Both the position numbers and the translations under genes were made by a program. The notes under the pieces were generated by a model that saw only the letters and a program-made list of their open reading frames with translations, made no database searches and had not been told where the DNA came from. Positions 1 through 25,024 of a stretch of 64,000 bases of DNA are shown here, in pieces (position 1 is the first letter of the stretch; every line of letters starts with the position of its first letter). The DNA comes from the human T2T-CHM13v2.0 reference genome, Homo sapiens, in NCBI RefSeq assembly GCF_009914755.1, contig NC_060935.1. One strand, written 5' to 3'.

Positions 1-534
1 AGAAGGCAGATATGGTGGTGCAGGTAGTGGGAGATAGGCATAGGTGAAGGCTGGAGTCTAAAGAAATTCTCTCACTGCCTTAGTTTTTTTAGTTGAAGAA
101 AATTATATTTCAGGTAACGCTAATAAGCAAACACAAAAAGCAAAAACTACTGGTCTTCAATCATTTGTCTGATTTGACCTGCTCATATTAACCCATTTTA
201 CTTTCTTCTCTTAATGATGGTGATCTGTTTTCACATATAACCAAGCTAGGAAAATCTATGTATCTGCTAATAGTTCAACACATGTTTGGCTCACAAATAA
301 AACTATGTGATCAAAAGAAAGATTGATGAGTTAATCAGATTTATTTTCATGCCCTGGTAGAAGGTTCATTTATATGTTAAGTCATTTACTTCAAGTTTAA
401 GATTATAGTACATTATTATAGGTTTTCCTCTAAGAAGAAAGAGTAGTCCAAAATTCACAAGTGAAATGTGCTTTTCACAACAGGGAGTTAGACTTTGCTT
501 ATATGGTGAAACACAAGTTTTCAAGGGTACTTAC

Positions 535-626
535 CAACAGTGGTCACAGGAGGCTGAGAAGGGTACTGAGAACTTGTTGTGGCAGGATATGGACCACCAG
601 GTGGGTAAGGACAGCCTGGGTAACCA
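535..626 (-). CDS. TSG101: TSG101 exon 7 (S-GYPGCPYPPGGPYPATTSSQYPSQPPVTTV-G)
   Basis: Acceptor tctttag|TG; donor TTG|gtaagt; 92 nt. Confidence 0.97.
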
Positions 627-1418
627 CTAAAGACAAGAACAAAAAACATTTAACATTTAAGATGACCCAACCTTATAGTATTTTGAAGAACCCCATTCAG
701 GAAGTTAAGTTTGACATATGGTTGTTTTACCAGTTGATGAATTTATAGTCTTGGAGCTGCAAGTGTTTATTCAAGTAAAGCTCTATGGAAATTGTATTAA
801 TGACACTGCATTTACTCTTAAATGGCTAAATGCTCTTGCTTGGTCCCAGTTATATGAGAGTCACCCTCATAGCAGCGGAAATGTAACTAGAGTATTTCTA
901 AGGACAATCCAACAGCATCAGAAGCAACAAGTAATTTGTGAGAGAACTTTTCCGATTTCTCAGTCTGTGGGAAAATGATACTATTTAATTTGTACCTGTG
1001 GCTTATTGGTAACCTTTGGGGATATTTAACCCGAAAACACTTGTCTTTAAATAGTTTTTTTCCTCTTTTGATAACATTCGTACCAAACTCATCTTTAGTT
1101 TAAAAAAAAACCTTTTTTCTCACTTTCTGGACAGTTTCTGTCATTCATGTATTCGTATCAAAGTCAGAGGAACTTTCCTTAGAGGTATTCTACTCCAATC
1201 ACCTTTCCAACAATCTCTTATCTACACACATCATTTATAACATCCCTGACAAATGGTCATCTTTCTCTATTTAACATTAAACATCATTTCAATATAATTT
1301 ATAAATAGGAGTCCTAAATTTGCATTTTGGAAGACACTCAACTATTTGGAGACTCCTAAAACTCGAATATTTGAGAACTTCTAACATTTTTCCCTCAAGC
1401 TTCTCTTCTTCAGGTTAA

Positions 1419-1720
1419 ATTTTTTTTTTTTTTTTTTTTGAGACGGAGTCTCGCCCTGTTGCTCAGGCTGGAGTGCAGTGGTGTGATCTCAGCTCACTGC
1501 AAGCTCCACTTCCTGGGTTCACGCCATTCTCCTGCCACAGCCTCCTGAGTAGCTGGGACTATAGGTGCCCGCCACCACACCCGGCTAATTTTTTGTATTT
1601 TTAGTAGAGACGGGGTTTCACCATGTTAGCCAGGATGGTCTCAATCTCCTGACCTCGTGATTCACCCGCCTCAGCCTCCCAAACTGCTGGGATTACAGCT
1701 GTGAGCCACCGCACCCAGCC
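1419..1720 (-). mobile_element. AluY-like SINE
   Basis: Poly(T) plus a full dimer with AluY-type diagnostics (gcaagctcc, cacgccattc, tagccaggatggtctc). Confidence 0.88.
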
Positions 1721-1970
1721 CTAACTATTCTTAATTCCTTTAACCATTTGTCTCAGGACATGATTTTCAGATCTAATTGCTTTCCTCTGAATGCTTACTA
1801 GTCAGTGTTTCCCTTACAACGAAGAAGAAAATTAGAATAGGATGATTACTGGCCACCTGGTTAGTTAGACAATAAATCTCAATTAATCCTATTTTAGCTA
1901 TAATTATCAATTCTATGACATTTGCCTTTTACAAGCGCATTAAAATTACTGATTAAAAAGAGCTAGCCCA

Positions 1971-2270
1971 GGCTGGGTGCAGTGGATCACACCTGTAATC
2001 CTAGCACTTTGGGAGGCTGAGGCAGGTAGATCACTTGAGTCCAGGAGTTCAAGGCAAGCCTAGACAACATGGCGAAACCATTTCTACAAAAATAGAAAAA
2101 TTAGCTAGGTGTAGGGGCACACACCTGTAGTCCCAGCTACTTGGGAGGCTGAAGTTGAAAGATCACCTGAGCCCAGGAGGTCAAGGCTACAGTAGCTGAG
2201 ATTATGCCACTGCACTCCAGCCTGGGCAACAGAGTGAAGCCCCCATCTCAAAAAAAAAAAAAAAAAAAAA
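1971..2270 (+). mobile_element. Alu (J/S) with TSD agctagcc
   Basis: Full dimer with A tail, flanked by (a/g)agctagcc on both sides. Confidence 0.9.
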
Positions 2271-3309
2271 GCTAGCCTAGGACACTGGAGCAAGAGCTCC
2301 TTCTGAGTTTATCGTCAATAATCCTTTTTCAATGCAGTGGTTCAAAGATTCTCCTATTTGTATTATCAGCTTCCACTTTATAACTTGTCCTCAACTAAGT
2401 TTTATATATGACTTGCTGAAGATTCAATGTAATCATGGTACTTCTCTTATATATCAGTATAAAAGCAAAATCAGACAAAAAAAAAAGAAAGCATTTTTGT
2501 TCCTAGTGGACACATGCTGGAGGCTACTGAACACAGTACTTTTGTTTCTAGTCTCTTCAGTAATCCATGCTATAATGCTGTAAAGAAATGTCAATCCTAC
2601 TGAAATTTCTAAATCCACCTTTCTGAAAACTGGGATAAACTGCTCTTTTTTTCTGGAGTTTCTCCCATTTTGCATACCTTTGCAAAGATAATGTGATCAC
2701 ATTGCTGAATTTTTTTGTAACTTGGTATAAAACTCTTCTAAGCCTACAGATATTAACTTCAGAGAAATCTCCATCTGTAGCTTTATTGTTCAGAAGTCCA
2801 TTTCCATAGTGTACCTTCAACAATTATTCCCTCTATGTCCAAAGCTGCTTTTTACTAGCAATTGTTCAGTAGCCTTGTAATTTCAAGGCTTCAGGTAGGA
2901 TTCCATTTCTAGAACTTAATCAGAAAATTTAGGGCCTCAAGAAATCTAAAATGAATAACCTGCTTATATATTACTACCAAAGGAATCTTTCTCTATTGTC
3001 CCTGACAAATGTTCTTCTAATCTCTGCTTACCTATCCAAAGTGACAGAATGCTTATTACCTTCTAAAAAGTTGTGAAATTAAGACAACCCAGAAATGAAG
3101 TGTTTGCTAAATTAACTTTCAAGATCCTAGATATTATATATGTACATATATATATTTACCTATGACATGTGTTCAGAAATCTGGCTGCATTTATCCATGA
3201 GGATTATGACTGGGTTATATGAAACTAAGAAGACTTAGTAGAGTTAAATTTTCCTTGCTAATTGTTAGAGCAGCTGGAAGTCTCATCTTGGCATCAGTAT
3301 ATGCCAATC

Positions 3310-4817
<1,508 letters not shown>

Positions 4818-4904
4818 TTAATGCCCTAATTAGCAAATTATTTTGATTCTAGATCTAATAGAAGAATTTGTAATACAATTATTCAAAAGAACGTTTTTCA
4901 TTAC

Positions 4905-4971
4905 CTGGGATTGGGAGGGTATCCGGATGGGTATGGAGAGATTCCACCTGGCATGCCTGGCATGTAGGAAG
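4905..4971 (-). CDS. TSG101: TSG101 exon 6 (T-SYMPGMPGGISPYPSGYPPNP-S)
   Basis: Acceptor tttttag|CT; donor CAG|gtaatg; 67 nt; proline-rich region. Confidence 0.97.
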
Positions 4972-5863
4972 CTAAAAACAATTTTTTTCACATTGTAAAA
5001 ATAATATACAAGGCCTGAATATGTAGGCTACTGAATAAGATATACATCACACTGTCAATACACAGCAAAATTTCACAGTTAAAAAATCCAAATCTCAGCA
5101 CCAAAACAAAACAAATACCTCTCCCTTTCATAATCCTGAAATCATTAAACATGAATTACAATACTTATGACAATCCCTACCAAAAGAACTGGCAAACAGG
5201 TCAACCTGGTCAGCTTTTAAAGTTCTCAAGAAGTCTATTACCTAAGAGCAAGTTCAATTTCAAATTTAGAGGAAGGTAATTCTGGCCTTCTTCGGTCCAA
5301 GGTTAACTTCTTAGAGAGTAACTTCTTTATTATATCTAATAAATCTTTTGATATTTCTTTTATAACTATGTTGGCCAATTAGCACAGCTGATTTTGTTGG
5401 TTTAAAGACTTCAAGAGACTTCAAACTACTATGAGAAGTCCTATACAAAACTTACATTATCCAGACTGTTAAAAACTAGTCTAGGTGACAGAGTGAGACC
5501 CTATCTCAAAACAAAGAAACAAACAAAACAAAAGCTTAGAAATACTAGGGATAAAAGGTTAAAACCCAGCAAGCTTAAAGAATACTTTATACATTCTTTA
5601 AAGAGAACGTGAATGCCAAAGAACTAAGATCAGTGGTGCCAAGAGGCTAATCAACATAGAGGAAGAAAAAGAGAAGTTAATCTTGAGCTTAACTGACAAA
5701 AAAAAATAGTAAAGAATCTGCTCTAGAGTGTTTAACATGACTTACAGTGACTGAGTACAAAATTGAATTGCAACAGTAACAATAGTATGGTCTCTTTCTT
5801 GAATACTGCACTTCCAATGTCAATTTAAAACTCAAAGAAATTTAGGAAAAAAAAAATGTTGCA

Positions 5864-6537
<674 letters not shown>

Positions 6538-7588
6538 AAATATTTCGTATTTCAAACTTAAGCAAGATACTCTACTCTTGGGCACTAGAGTCAACAGAAT
6601 TTAATAAGATAAAAACAAATTTCTAATCCAAAGGAATTACCAGTACCTTTACTAAAAGAAATAGTAATCCTAAAATCAAGCTTATTCTGGGAAGGTAGGG
6701 AAGGAAAGAGAAATGGGTTCAAAAATTCTTTCTGTTAAATTCCCATTCAGCTTATAAACCAAGATGTTCCTCAGGAAAGAATGGATTAAAAAGGAAAAAG
6801 TATAATTTTCAGCAGAAGAAAAATGAAAGCACATATAATTTGTCTTGTAAGATAAACAAGTTTGGTTAATTATAATCTTAAAGAAAATTTACCAAAAAAA
6901 AAAAGTCACAGCTCAAAACACAGTGAAATCAATGCAGATTTAGTAAATTCAAAATAAGTACAACCAACTCACAATTATTCAGAGTGATTTTTAAGTATCA
7001 GTAAGAATTATTCAAGAAAATAGAGATAACAGAGATAATATATTCCAATTAGGGCAGAAGCAACACTCTCTCCATGCTCCCACCACTCCACACAAGGTAA
7101 AATCATGAATTGGCTGTACGAAAGAGAAGAAAGCTAAGAGCTAGATGTCCAATTGTGTATACCCAGAATAGCTGAATGTGAACGCTTCAGTTGACCTTAA
7201 TCCTTATCTACAACACTGATTTTGTAGTTGCAAAGAGAAAGGAGAGGTCAGACTACCTTTCAAGTTATATGTGCTTCCAAGCTGATCAAATAAGGCTATT
7301 CTGCAGCATGCATAATTTTAAAAATTCTAGCTCTATTCTACACTTTCTCCTCCATTTTGGAATCCAGCACAACCATTCTTAGATTTCTACCTACAAATGG
7401 AAGCCCAAATGCCAGTCTTTGGTGGGAATCTGTACATGCAGATGTGGGGCCTCAGAATACTTCCAAAAAATCCACTAGCTTGATAAACTAAAAAGCAAAG
7501 AAGTCATTATTTTTCTTTATTTTTTTACAAAGGTTTCTGTTCTCTTTTGTTTATATGAGTTTTAAAGTAAAATCTCAATTCTACTTAC

Positions 7589-7712
7589 TATTTGGTGGCC
7601 CCGTTGCCTGGTATGGCGGATAGGATGCCGAAATAGGACGAGAGAAGACTGGAGGTTCATCTCCAAATACCACAATCATGACCTGAATAAGCCCCAACAA
7701 GTCTGACTGTGG
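7589..7712 (-). CDS. TSG101: TSG101 exon 5 (PQSDLLGLIQVMIVVFGDEPPVFSRPISASYPPYQATGPPN-T)
   Basis: Acceptor ttttgtag|CCA; donor ATA|gtaagt; 124 nt. Confidence 0.98.
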
Positions 7713-8173
7713 CTACAAAATGAAAAAAAATTCAAGTCAGCTACAGAGTTGCTTTTCAGTAAAAAGAAAAAGGTTAGCCATTTCTCATCGGTTTTCAACT
7801 CAGCTTGATAATTTTCTTTGTAGGACCCCAATCATGAAAATTTCATTTAATTAATTTATTTTAATAGAGTTAAGTGGTTTTAAACATGATGTGCAGCAAG
7901 GTTCTTGCTTCAAGTATATAAAAATAGCACTAGTTAAAGCAGCATATTGCAAAATTCATAGAGTTTTGTTCTTCATTTGACTCCACAGAACTAACAAAAA
8001 TTTATTTTATTGCCACTGTACAATGTATTATAAGTATACTGGTACAAATTTAGGGATGAATATGAGCAACAGTCACAATATTATTAAAGGCCATTAAAAG
8101 ACATCAATGATATCTTGGAAATACGTGTTCTTAAAATTAATTTTTATTAAAGATATTATGAACTCTGAAATTA

Positions 8174-9015
<842 letters not shown>

Positions 9016-9679
9016 AAATATCTACCAACCACTAATTAAGCTGTGCTAGACAAAGTTGTTCAAAATGGCTTATTTGATTATTCTTCTTTTACTCCTTAAT
9101 CTATTTTGTGTATATCTCATCTCACGTACTTCATTCATAAGTTCACTGAGTTCTGAAGAATTACTCAATCACCTTGATAGGCTAACCATCTTCATAGAAA
9201 CTACTTTTTACACCCCTCCTCCCCCCAGACAAGGTCTTGCCATGTTGCCCAGCTCAGACTTGAACTCAACAATCTTCCTGCTTCAGTCTCCCAAGTAGTC
9301 AGGATTACAGGATTAGGATTGGCACTTCTTTTAATACTCCTGACAGAAGAGTTCAGTGGCAGTTTTCACCTTTTCCAAAGAACCAAACTCACCTCATTTG
9401 TTCAATTTTGACCTAACTCATGGAAGATGACAATTAATAACATTTCTCAAAGCTTTCTGTGAAAACTTGCTGATATCTACTTTTCCAATATTTTTCTTGT
9501 GTTTGCCTGTAAATTTATATACTGAGACTCGGGGTGTTATAAGCACAGTATCTGTGCAACACTCACAGATACTGTGGCTGGTGTGTGTGGGGATGGCCAC
9601 TGAGACCACATGCTTTCTCAATTTTTCGGCCCAACAAAATTCCTTAACTAAATCATAGCCTCATGTAAGCCTCATGCAT

Positions 9680-10030
9680 GTAGGTGAAATATAATTCACA
9701 TCCCATAAACTTTCTCCTTTTAAAGTATACATTTCAGTGGCTTTTATTATTTCACGAAGCTATGCAACCATTACCACCATCTAATTCCATAATATTTTCA
9801 TCATCCGAAAAAGAAACCCTGTACTCATTAGTAGTCACTTCCCGTTTCCCTTTCCCCACAGCCCTTTAGCAACCACTAATCTACTTTCCATCTCTATAGA
9901 TTTGCTTTCCTAAATGTTTCATATAAATGAAATCATACAATATATGGCCTTTTGTGCTTGGCTTCTTTCACTTGGCATAATGTTTTCAGAATTCATTAAT
10001 GTGGTAGTATGAATCAATTCTTCATTCATA
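9680..10030 (-). mobile_element. Old L1 (L1M) 3' fragment
   Basis: Typical L1M text: aattcacatcccataaac...gcaaccactaatctactttccatctctatagatttgc...tggcttctttcacttggcataatgttttc. Confidence 0.8.
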
Positions 10031-10172
10031 CATTCTTACAGTTTTGTCAAGGTAAGTTTTAATTATCATACCATTCCTTTTACACTAAATTCTTTGAAGA
10101 AAAAAATTAATATCTATGTTAATATCTACTTCCAGGCCTAATATAAAGCAACAGGTTAAGAATTCAAACTGA

Positions 10173-12148
<1,976 letters not shown>

Positions 12149-12727
12149 GGAATCAGTAAGTACCCTGGGGGAAAAGTTATTGGCAGAACTACCTCATCTC
12201 TTTGCTGTTTTCTTCTCTACAGAATCTTGGCCATACATGTCTTGATTGCCTAAACAGCTTTCCAAAGCCTTCCAACAGGTGTTGTTTGTATTTTCTCTTG
12301 CTTTTCTAGTTATTTTTCATAGGAACATTAATCTGTCACAGTTACACTATCAGACACATAAACAGAAGTTCCCTACTATTATTCTTGACAGAAATGCTTT
12401 GAGTAATCAGATTTGAATTCCATAACTACCTCACCAGGATACTATTTTTTAAAATGCACTTCCCACTATGTGAATCCTGCCTATTTTAAAAAGGTTCAAC
12501 TAAAGCCAACAAAATATTGAATATAAGTATTCTGAAAATTACAAAGCTCTACAGAAACCCATTTCTTTTAGTCAGCCTTTTCTAATTTACCCTCAACTCA
12601 GTGATTAGTCCATTATCTGAACTTATCTATCCTACCTCGAATCCTCCTTGAGTGCTAAAAGAAAGCAGATGCTAGTGAGCAAAATATATAAAACATAACT
12701 AATTCACAGAACACTATGAATACTTAC

Positions 12728-12891
12728 GTGTTTCCATTCATGTAGATAAGGAAGATATATCTTCCCATTTGCATCAACATGCTTTCCTGTTTTAATAGTC
12801 ATTGAACTAGTAGGCTTAACAAAACAGATAGGGGGATTATATGGGTATGTGTCCAGTAGCCATAGGCATATTGGAATATTGTATGTATTAC
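12728..12891 (-). CDS. TSG101: TSG101 exon 4 (G-NTYNIPICLWLLDTYPYNPPICFVKPTSSMTIKTGKHVDANGKIYLPYLHEWKH)
   Basis: Acceptor tttttcag|GT; donor CAC|gtaagt; 164 nt. Includes Tyr110 (12755-12757) at the position of the E2 catalytic Cys. Confidence 0.98.
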
Positions 12892-14148
12892 CTGAAAAAG
12901 AAATAGAAACTTCAGTTACTCTATTTTTATTATTTTTAAATTGAAGAATGGTTAAAGGAACAGAGGTTTAGTCTAGATACAATTTATACATATATCCGCA
13001 TCCCCCCCATTCCTATTTCCCCCAGCAGAATTTATTTCCTGAGGGCAATAGCAAAGTCAGTAATCTTAAATTTTACTCAGTCTTCCCTAAACTTATACTT
13101 GCTTTATACAATGCTGATACTCAATTAACTGTTTTTTCCCTCTGTTTATTATGAATGGTTGACTTATTAATAGTGGCTCAAATGTCACTTCCTCTGTGAT
13201 CTTCCCATGTGGCCTTGTTCTCCTCTGTAATCTCATAGCACTTTTTCATTTTATAATTCTATAGCAGTTACAGAATAGTGTAAATATCTATCTGTTCCCT
13301 TTGTTTCCCCTATTAGTGGAGTTCTTCCAGAAGAGGTACATCCTTTATTCATCTTTGTAGCCACAGCTCCTATCCTTATTGCCTTATGAATAGCAGGTAC
13401 TATGTGAAATCAATGGGTAAAGGACATAGGTCTTAGCTAATTACAAGGAATAATTAACAAACAGAGCTGTCCAAAAACAAAATGGTCTCTCATTAAGCTA
13501 AATGCTTCCTCACCACTAAATATTTCAGCAGAGGGTGAAAGACAGGCTAACAGAGATCAATTATCTATCATTAGCATTATCACCAACATCACAACCATAA
13601 ATAACAGCTACTTTTAACTGTCTGCTTATTATATTCCAGGCTCTGTGCCACGTCCTTTACATTCATTATCTAATAAATGCTCACTTCCCCCAAGTTAGGT
13701 ACTATTATCCAAATGTCAAAGATATCCATATATAACATGTAACAAAACTGCTAAGATTATAGAGCAAGAACTCAAACATAACTCTGTCCTGACTTTGAAG
13801 CCTATATCTTAGCTTCCCATTGTCAGGAAAGTTTGAATGGTGTGGGAGGCTGAACTAGGAGGCAAGTAAGATCCATTTCTAGTTCTACAATTATTTGATT
13901 CAGTGAAACATTAAACTCCTCTGGTGAACTTAGGCACTTATTTGTTCATATATCTTGGTAAGGAAGTTTTAAGAAAGCTGAAAATGTTAGGTGTTACTGC
14001 CAAATGAACTTCAATTTGAATAGAAGTTAAAATCTATATCAGCATCAAAGCCCTGAGAAAGTAGGTTTAATTTGGTTATAACTCTTTGGCAACATATTTA
14101 TTATGTATTCAAAATGCATCTATGCTGGAAACCTAATAAGACATTTAC

Positions 14149-14214
14149 CTCTATAAGGCACAGGGATTGTTCCAGTGAGGTTCATTAGTTCCCTGGAACT
14201 GCCATCGTTAAAAA
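14149..14214 (-). CDS. TSG101: TSG101 exon 3 (V-FNDGSSRELMNLTGTIPVPYR-G)
   Basis: Acceptor tttcag|TT; donor GAG|gtaaat; 66 nt, symmetric phase 1-1. Confidence 0.98.
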
Positions 14215-14295
14215 CTGAAAGGAAAGAACAATGATTTAATCATGAGCATTTTTTAAGATACTCCCATAAGTTATTCTTTCAGAAAGACTGGTTAA

Positions 14296-15320
<1,025 letters not shown>

Positions 15321-15559
15321 TTAGCCAGTATTAAAATGAAAAAAAGAAAAGTTCATAGCCAAATATAAACAATTTCTTTCAATCTGTATTTCTCATACCA
15401 CACACATTTTTCTATCTATAATTTATGTCTATAATTAATATGGCACATAGTTTGTATTGGACAGCTATTATTTCTAACAATAATTTGGAATTAACACTAT
15501 ACCCATAGAGGAAAGGTTGTAATGTGCAGTACAAAAACATAGAACTATAGCCATCTACT

Positions 15560-15865
15560 GTGTAATGTTTGGGTCTACAATGGACTGCACATAAGAACAC
15601 TGGTCCCATAAGATTATAATACTGTATTTTTACTGTAACTTTTCTACGGTTAGATACATAAATACCATTGTGTTACAACTGCCTATGGTATGCAGTACAG
15701 TAACATCTGGTATAGGTTGTAGCCTAGGAGCAACAGGCTATGCCATATAACCTAGGTGTGTAGTAGGATATACCATCTAGGTTTGTCTAAGTACACTCAA
15801 TGATGAAATTGCCAAATAATGCATTTCTCAGACCATATCTCTATCACTACAAAATGCACGACTGT
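15560..15865 (+). mobile_element. Tigger3/MER7-type DNA transposon remnant (TcMar-Tigger)
   Basis: tggtcccataagattataatactg...tagcctaggagcaacaggctat...tataccatctaggtttgt.taagtacactc...gcatttctcaga...cacgactgta resembles the Tigger3 consensus as I recall it. Confidence 0.75.
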
Positions 15866-17035
15866 ACATTCTTGACCTTTGTTATTTTACTTACTGTTGA
15901 CGAATGTAAGCTATACCGCAATGTATTCTGATTTTGTGCATTTTAAAAAAGAAAACCACCTTATATAAATTTGGGGCTTTGTTTACTCTAAAAGTATTTG
16001 TTAACAATGATTTACACTTAGTCCAGCCACATGAAACTATACAAGACTTTATAATGGAGTCTTTGTCAGTTTTGATAAATGTATTTATTCTTTTATATGC
16101 AGTAAAAACTATAAAATTCTAGCTCCAACCATTTTTCTCCCCACTGAAGCCATTTAAAAACTAACTTTAATTTTGGTAATGTGAGGCCTTTGTAGTTCAA
16201 AATACCATTGTACATATAGTATGCAGACAGAAATAAGGTAGGCTGAGATGAGAAGGAATCGTGTCCTAGGTTTGGAAGAGGACTTTGGGTTCATGTCTTT
16301 ATTGTTCAGGAAATGCAGAACTGATTGCCCCTCTGTTGCTTCCCACCTCTCTTCACCAGTTTCCTAATGTTTTCAAAGCCTTGGAAGCAAATGAAATTTA
16401 GAAAGTCTCAGCTACAAAATTCAGTTCCTTGCTTTCAGAGCTAAGGGACTCACAATGGACAAGCAGCAGCATGGGTTTTCCCTCGGCCCTGGCATATTAT
16501 TTTCAAGGAGACAGGGTTGAAGAAATTATGTTAGGATTTGGTAGGGACAGAAAAGACTATTTTAAAATAAGGAAAACTCCAAGCGTTGTCTTGCCTTACA
16601 ACTTTGTCTCAATAGAAAGTAGAGACAAACTGTTATGCTTACCTACTCTACAGAATTAAAGACCACATTAAATAACATTTTCCTCATCTATAAAATGAAA
16701 GGGACAGTCCAGAGTACAGTTTCGCAAAATGTGTTCCTGAAAATATAAAGAGACACTATGGGGGCAGGGAGGTTCAGCAGTTAAATAACTTTAGGATGTA
16801 TTATACAATATATTCTTGCTCGTCTCGGTGATACACAACACATTAGCATACTAAAGGCTCTGATAAATCTTCATGCAATGAAACTCAATTTTGTTTAATC
16901 CATAAGTTGCTCAAGCTTAACTATAGAATTCTGCCTCTACCCCTGTTCCCAGCATAACTAAGGGTCTACAGACAACACTTTGGGAAATGGACTAAATTAT
17001 CTTTAACATCCCCTCCTAGGTTTAAATTTGCATAG

Positions 17036-19139
<2,104 letters not shown>

Positions 19140-19229
19140 TCATAGAGGATAACGTTTTTTCATCATGGAGCACAATATATCTGAGTATCTCTGTGATATC
19201 AGCAACCACTGATGCTCAACGTCTAGAGA

Positions 19230-22143
<2,914 letters not shown>

Positions 22144-22959
22144 ACAGTTTTCTTCTACTCATTTAGCAGTGACTGTGCCTCTAGAAATGCTGTAGATAAA
22201 CTATGTAAAAATATAAGTGGCTGTATGTATGAAACATCTAAAGTGGGAAGTTGTTTCTGTAAAAGAAGAAGGACTAATCTGGTATAAATATATCTGTTAA
22301 TTGCAAAAATAACAGAGAAAGGTGTTGAAAGTTATGTTGAAGTTGGGAGCTAAGATAATGCTCAAGGGAAAAAAAGACCTTTTATAATAAACACATAAAA
22401 CATAAGGCAGGTGGCCAGAGTACCATGATGTGTGTGGAGAGCCTACAATCAGATAAAGAGAAAACAATAATGACCTTCACCCTAGCTATGTGTTCAGGGT
22501 CCTGGCTAACAATTCTTACATCAGACCACACCAGCTGAAAGGAAAACATTTGAAGCCCTTCTTTAGGAGGAAGGAGCCCCACAACTGCTTCTATTACTTT
22601 ACTTCCTATTCTTACCTGTCTAAAATTCATAGGTTGGACAGTACTAATGCTGATGCTCAGAATCGTCATAATCACATACAGGAGTCTCAATTTTCCAGAT
22701 ATTGAGTCAAGGACCAAAAGGCAGGTAGGATGCCCTCTCCCACCTCTTCCCTACCTCTGTTTTTGTTTCTAAAGTAATCACAGGTTGGGTGGAGGGGAAG
22801 GCAGGTAGAGGTATAAAATATCTTCTGAACATGCCTTGCCTTTGTCTTTGATGGCAGGTTTCTCTAGGGAAGCTTAGGAAACTTAATTAGGGTATAAAAA
22901 ATAAGCTAATATTTGAATATTCTTGCTCTTTATATGAATATACATACATTAAGGAATAA

Positions 22960-23638
<679 letters not shown>

Positions 23639-24825
23639 TTACATACTATGTAAAACAATATACCGTTTTTTTCAAAAAGTGATATATAAAAGTTACAACA
23701 TGGATCTTTACCTGGGTCACAATCTTCTATGGCTTCCCATATGTCTTCTATAACTAAGGATAACAAGTTTATCAAAACAAAACCAAGAAGCCTAAAATAT
23801 ACGATTACACAACCAATATATGCTTTATTTTGAAAGCTGTCATTTTCTCCTTAGAGATTATTTGGTCTTCAATCAAGAACTATGGGGGCGATTTAACTGG
23901 AAAAAGTCTGTTTTTAAAAAAGTTTTACACATAATAGTGTGTTTTATTAAAAATTGAAACCGCTTAAACCGCTGATTGCTACCATTCTTGCTTTGACAAA
24001 ACTATCCCAAGCTAACACGTTGAACTGGTCAAGACTCAACTCTCAATCATTTTACATAGTTTTGGAAAATTACAACAAAACATAACAAAAGCCATTCCAC
24101 TCTGGTGTGAGGTGCCACGTTTGAAGTAATTATATAAATAAATCATGGCTTTAAAATACAAAATGCTTAACTGCTTTTTTAAAAATTGAAAAAAAAAACA
24201 CTAGTCTTGAGCCGTGAAGATCATAAATTAAGCTCAAAGCAAATAAATACGCGTTATAAGAAGCATACACTTAAAAGTAGTTACTCTTAGAAAATCCCTG
24301 AAATGGTAATGGTATGTATTTCACCTGGGGCAGTAAGGGACTGGTATTTTCGCTTCTTTTCTGGAGAATACAAAACTGAAAAGGCCACACTCTCTGCGGG
24401 TCGGCAAAAGAAAGGCTAAGACTGGAGGATCCCTAGATTGGGACAGGAGTAGAGGATTGCCTCAGATCTACAACTAAGTATGATCCCTTGTTTGTGTTTA
24501 TAAAAACAAACGAAAAACTACACTGCCCCACAGACAGCTCCAAACTCAGTGGAAGAGAGGAGGGCGGGTGGGCGGCAGGTGTCAGGTAGCCTCCGCTCCA
24601 CGCCTTTGTTGACTGTCGCCGTCCCCCACCCTCCCAGCTCCCGTACGGGGATTCCCGCACCAGGCGACAGGCGCCTCGGGGCGGGGTTCTGAGGAGGTCG
24701 CTAAGGACTGCACCGGGGCTTCCGGCCCGTCTGGGAAGCTTGCTTGGCTGGGCCGGGACGGACTCGACAGGGCGCGGAAGGGAGCGGTGGGCGCGCCCTG
24801 GGAGGCGAGCGCGTCGCAGCCTCAC

Positions 24826-24867
24826 CTTGGACACCATTTTCTTGAGCTGGCTCTCCGACACCGCCAT
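24826..24867 (-). CDS. TSG101: TSG101 exon 1 coding part (MAVSESQLKKMVSK)
   Basis: ATG at 24867 in gccgtcATGG context; donor AAG|gtgagg at 24826/24825; 42 nt, phase 0. Confidence 0.98.
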
Positions 24868-24986
24868 GACGGCCGCCTGGCGACTCCCTTCCCCGCAGGC
24901 AGAGGGTCAGCCGCTGCTGGGCTGCCCCAGACCGTCCCACACAATCGCACACCCCCAACCCGGCCTCAAACAACAGGAAGTCGGCA

Positions 24987-25024
24987 CCACTACACCACTT
25001 CCGCTTCCACTACGTCACTTCCGG
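24987..25024 (-). promoter_or_regulatory. ETS/GABP tandem sites plus overlapping ETS-CRE composite motif
   Basis: Minus strand reads CCGGAAGTGACGTA (25024-25011), then GGAAGCGGAAGTG (25008-24996). Confidence 0.7.

Noticed and set aside
22382-22717. 111-aa minus-strand ORF in non-Alu sequence of TSG101 intron 1
   Set aside because: Non-ATG start, no recognisable homology and no convincing splice signals. Likely chance or a decayed repeat.
24433-24867. 144-aa ORF starting MAVSESQLKKMVSKVRLRR...
   Set aside because: Only the first 14 codons are TSG101 exon 1. The rest is read-through into GC-rich intron 1 past a consensus AAG|gtgag donor.
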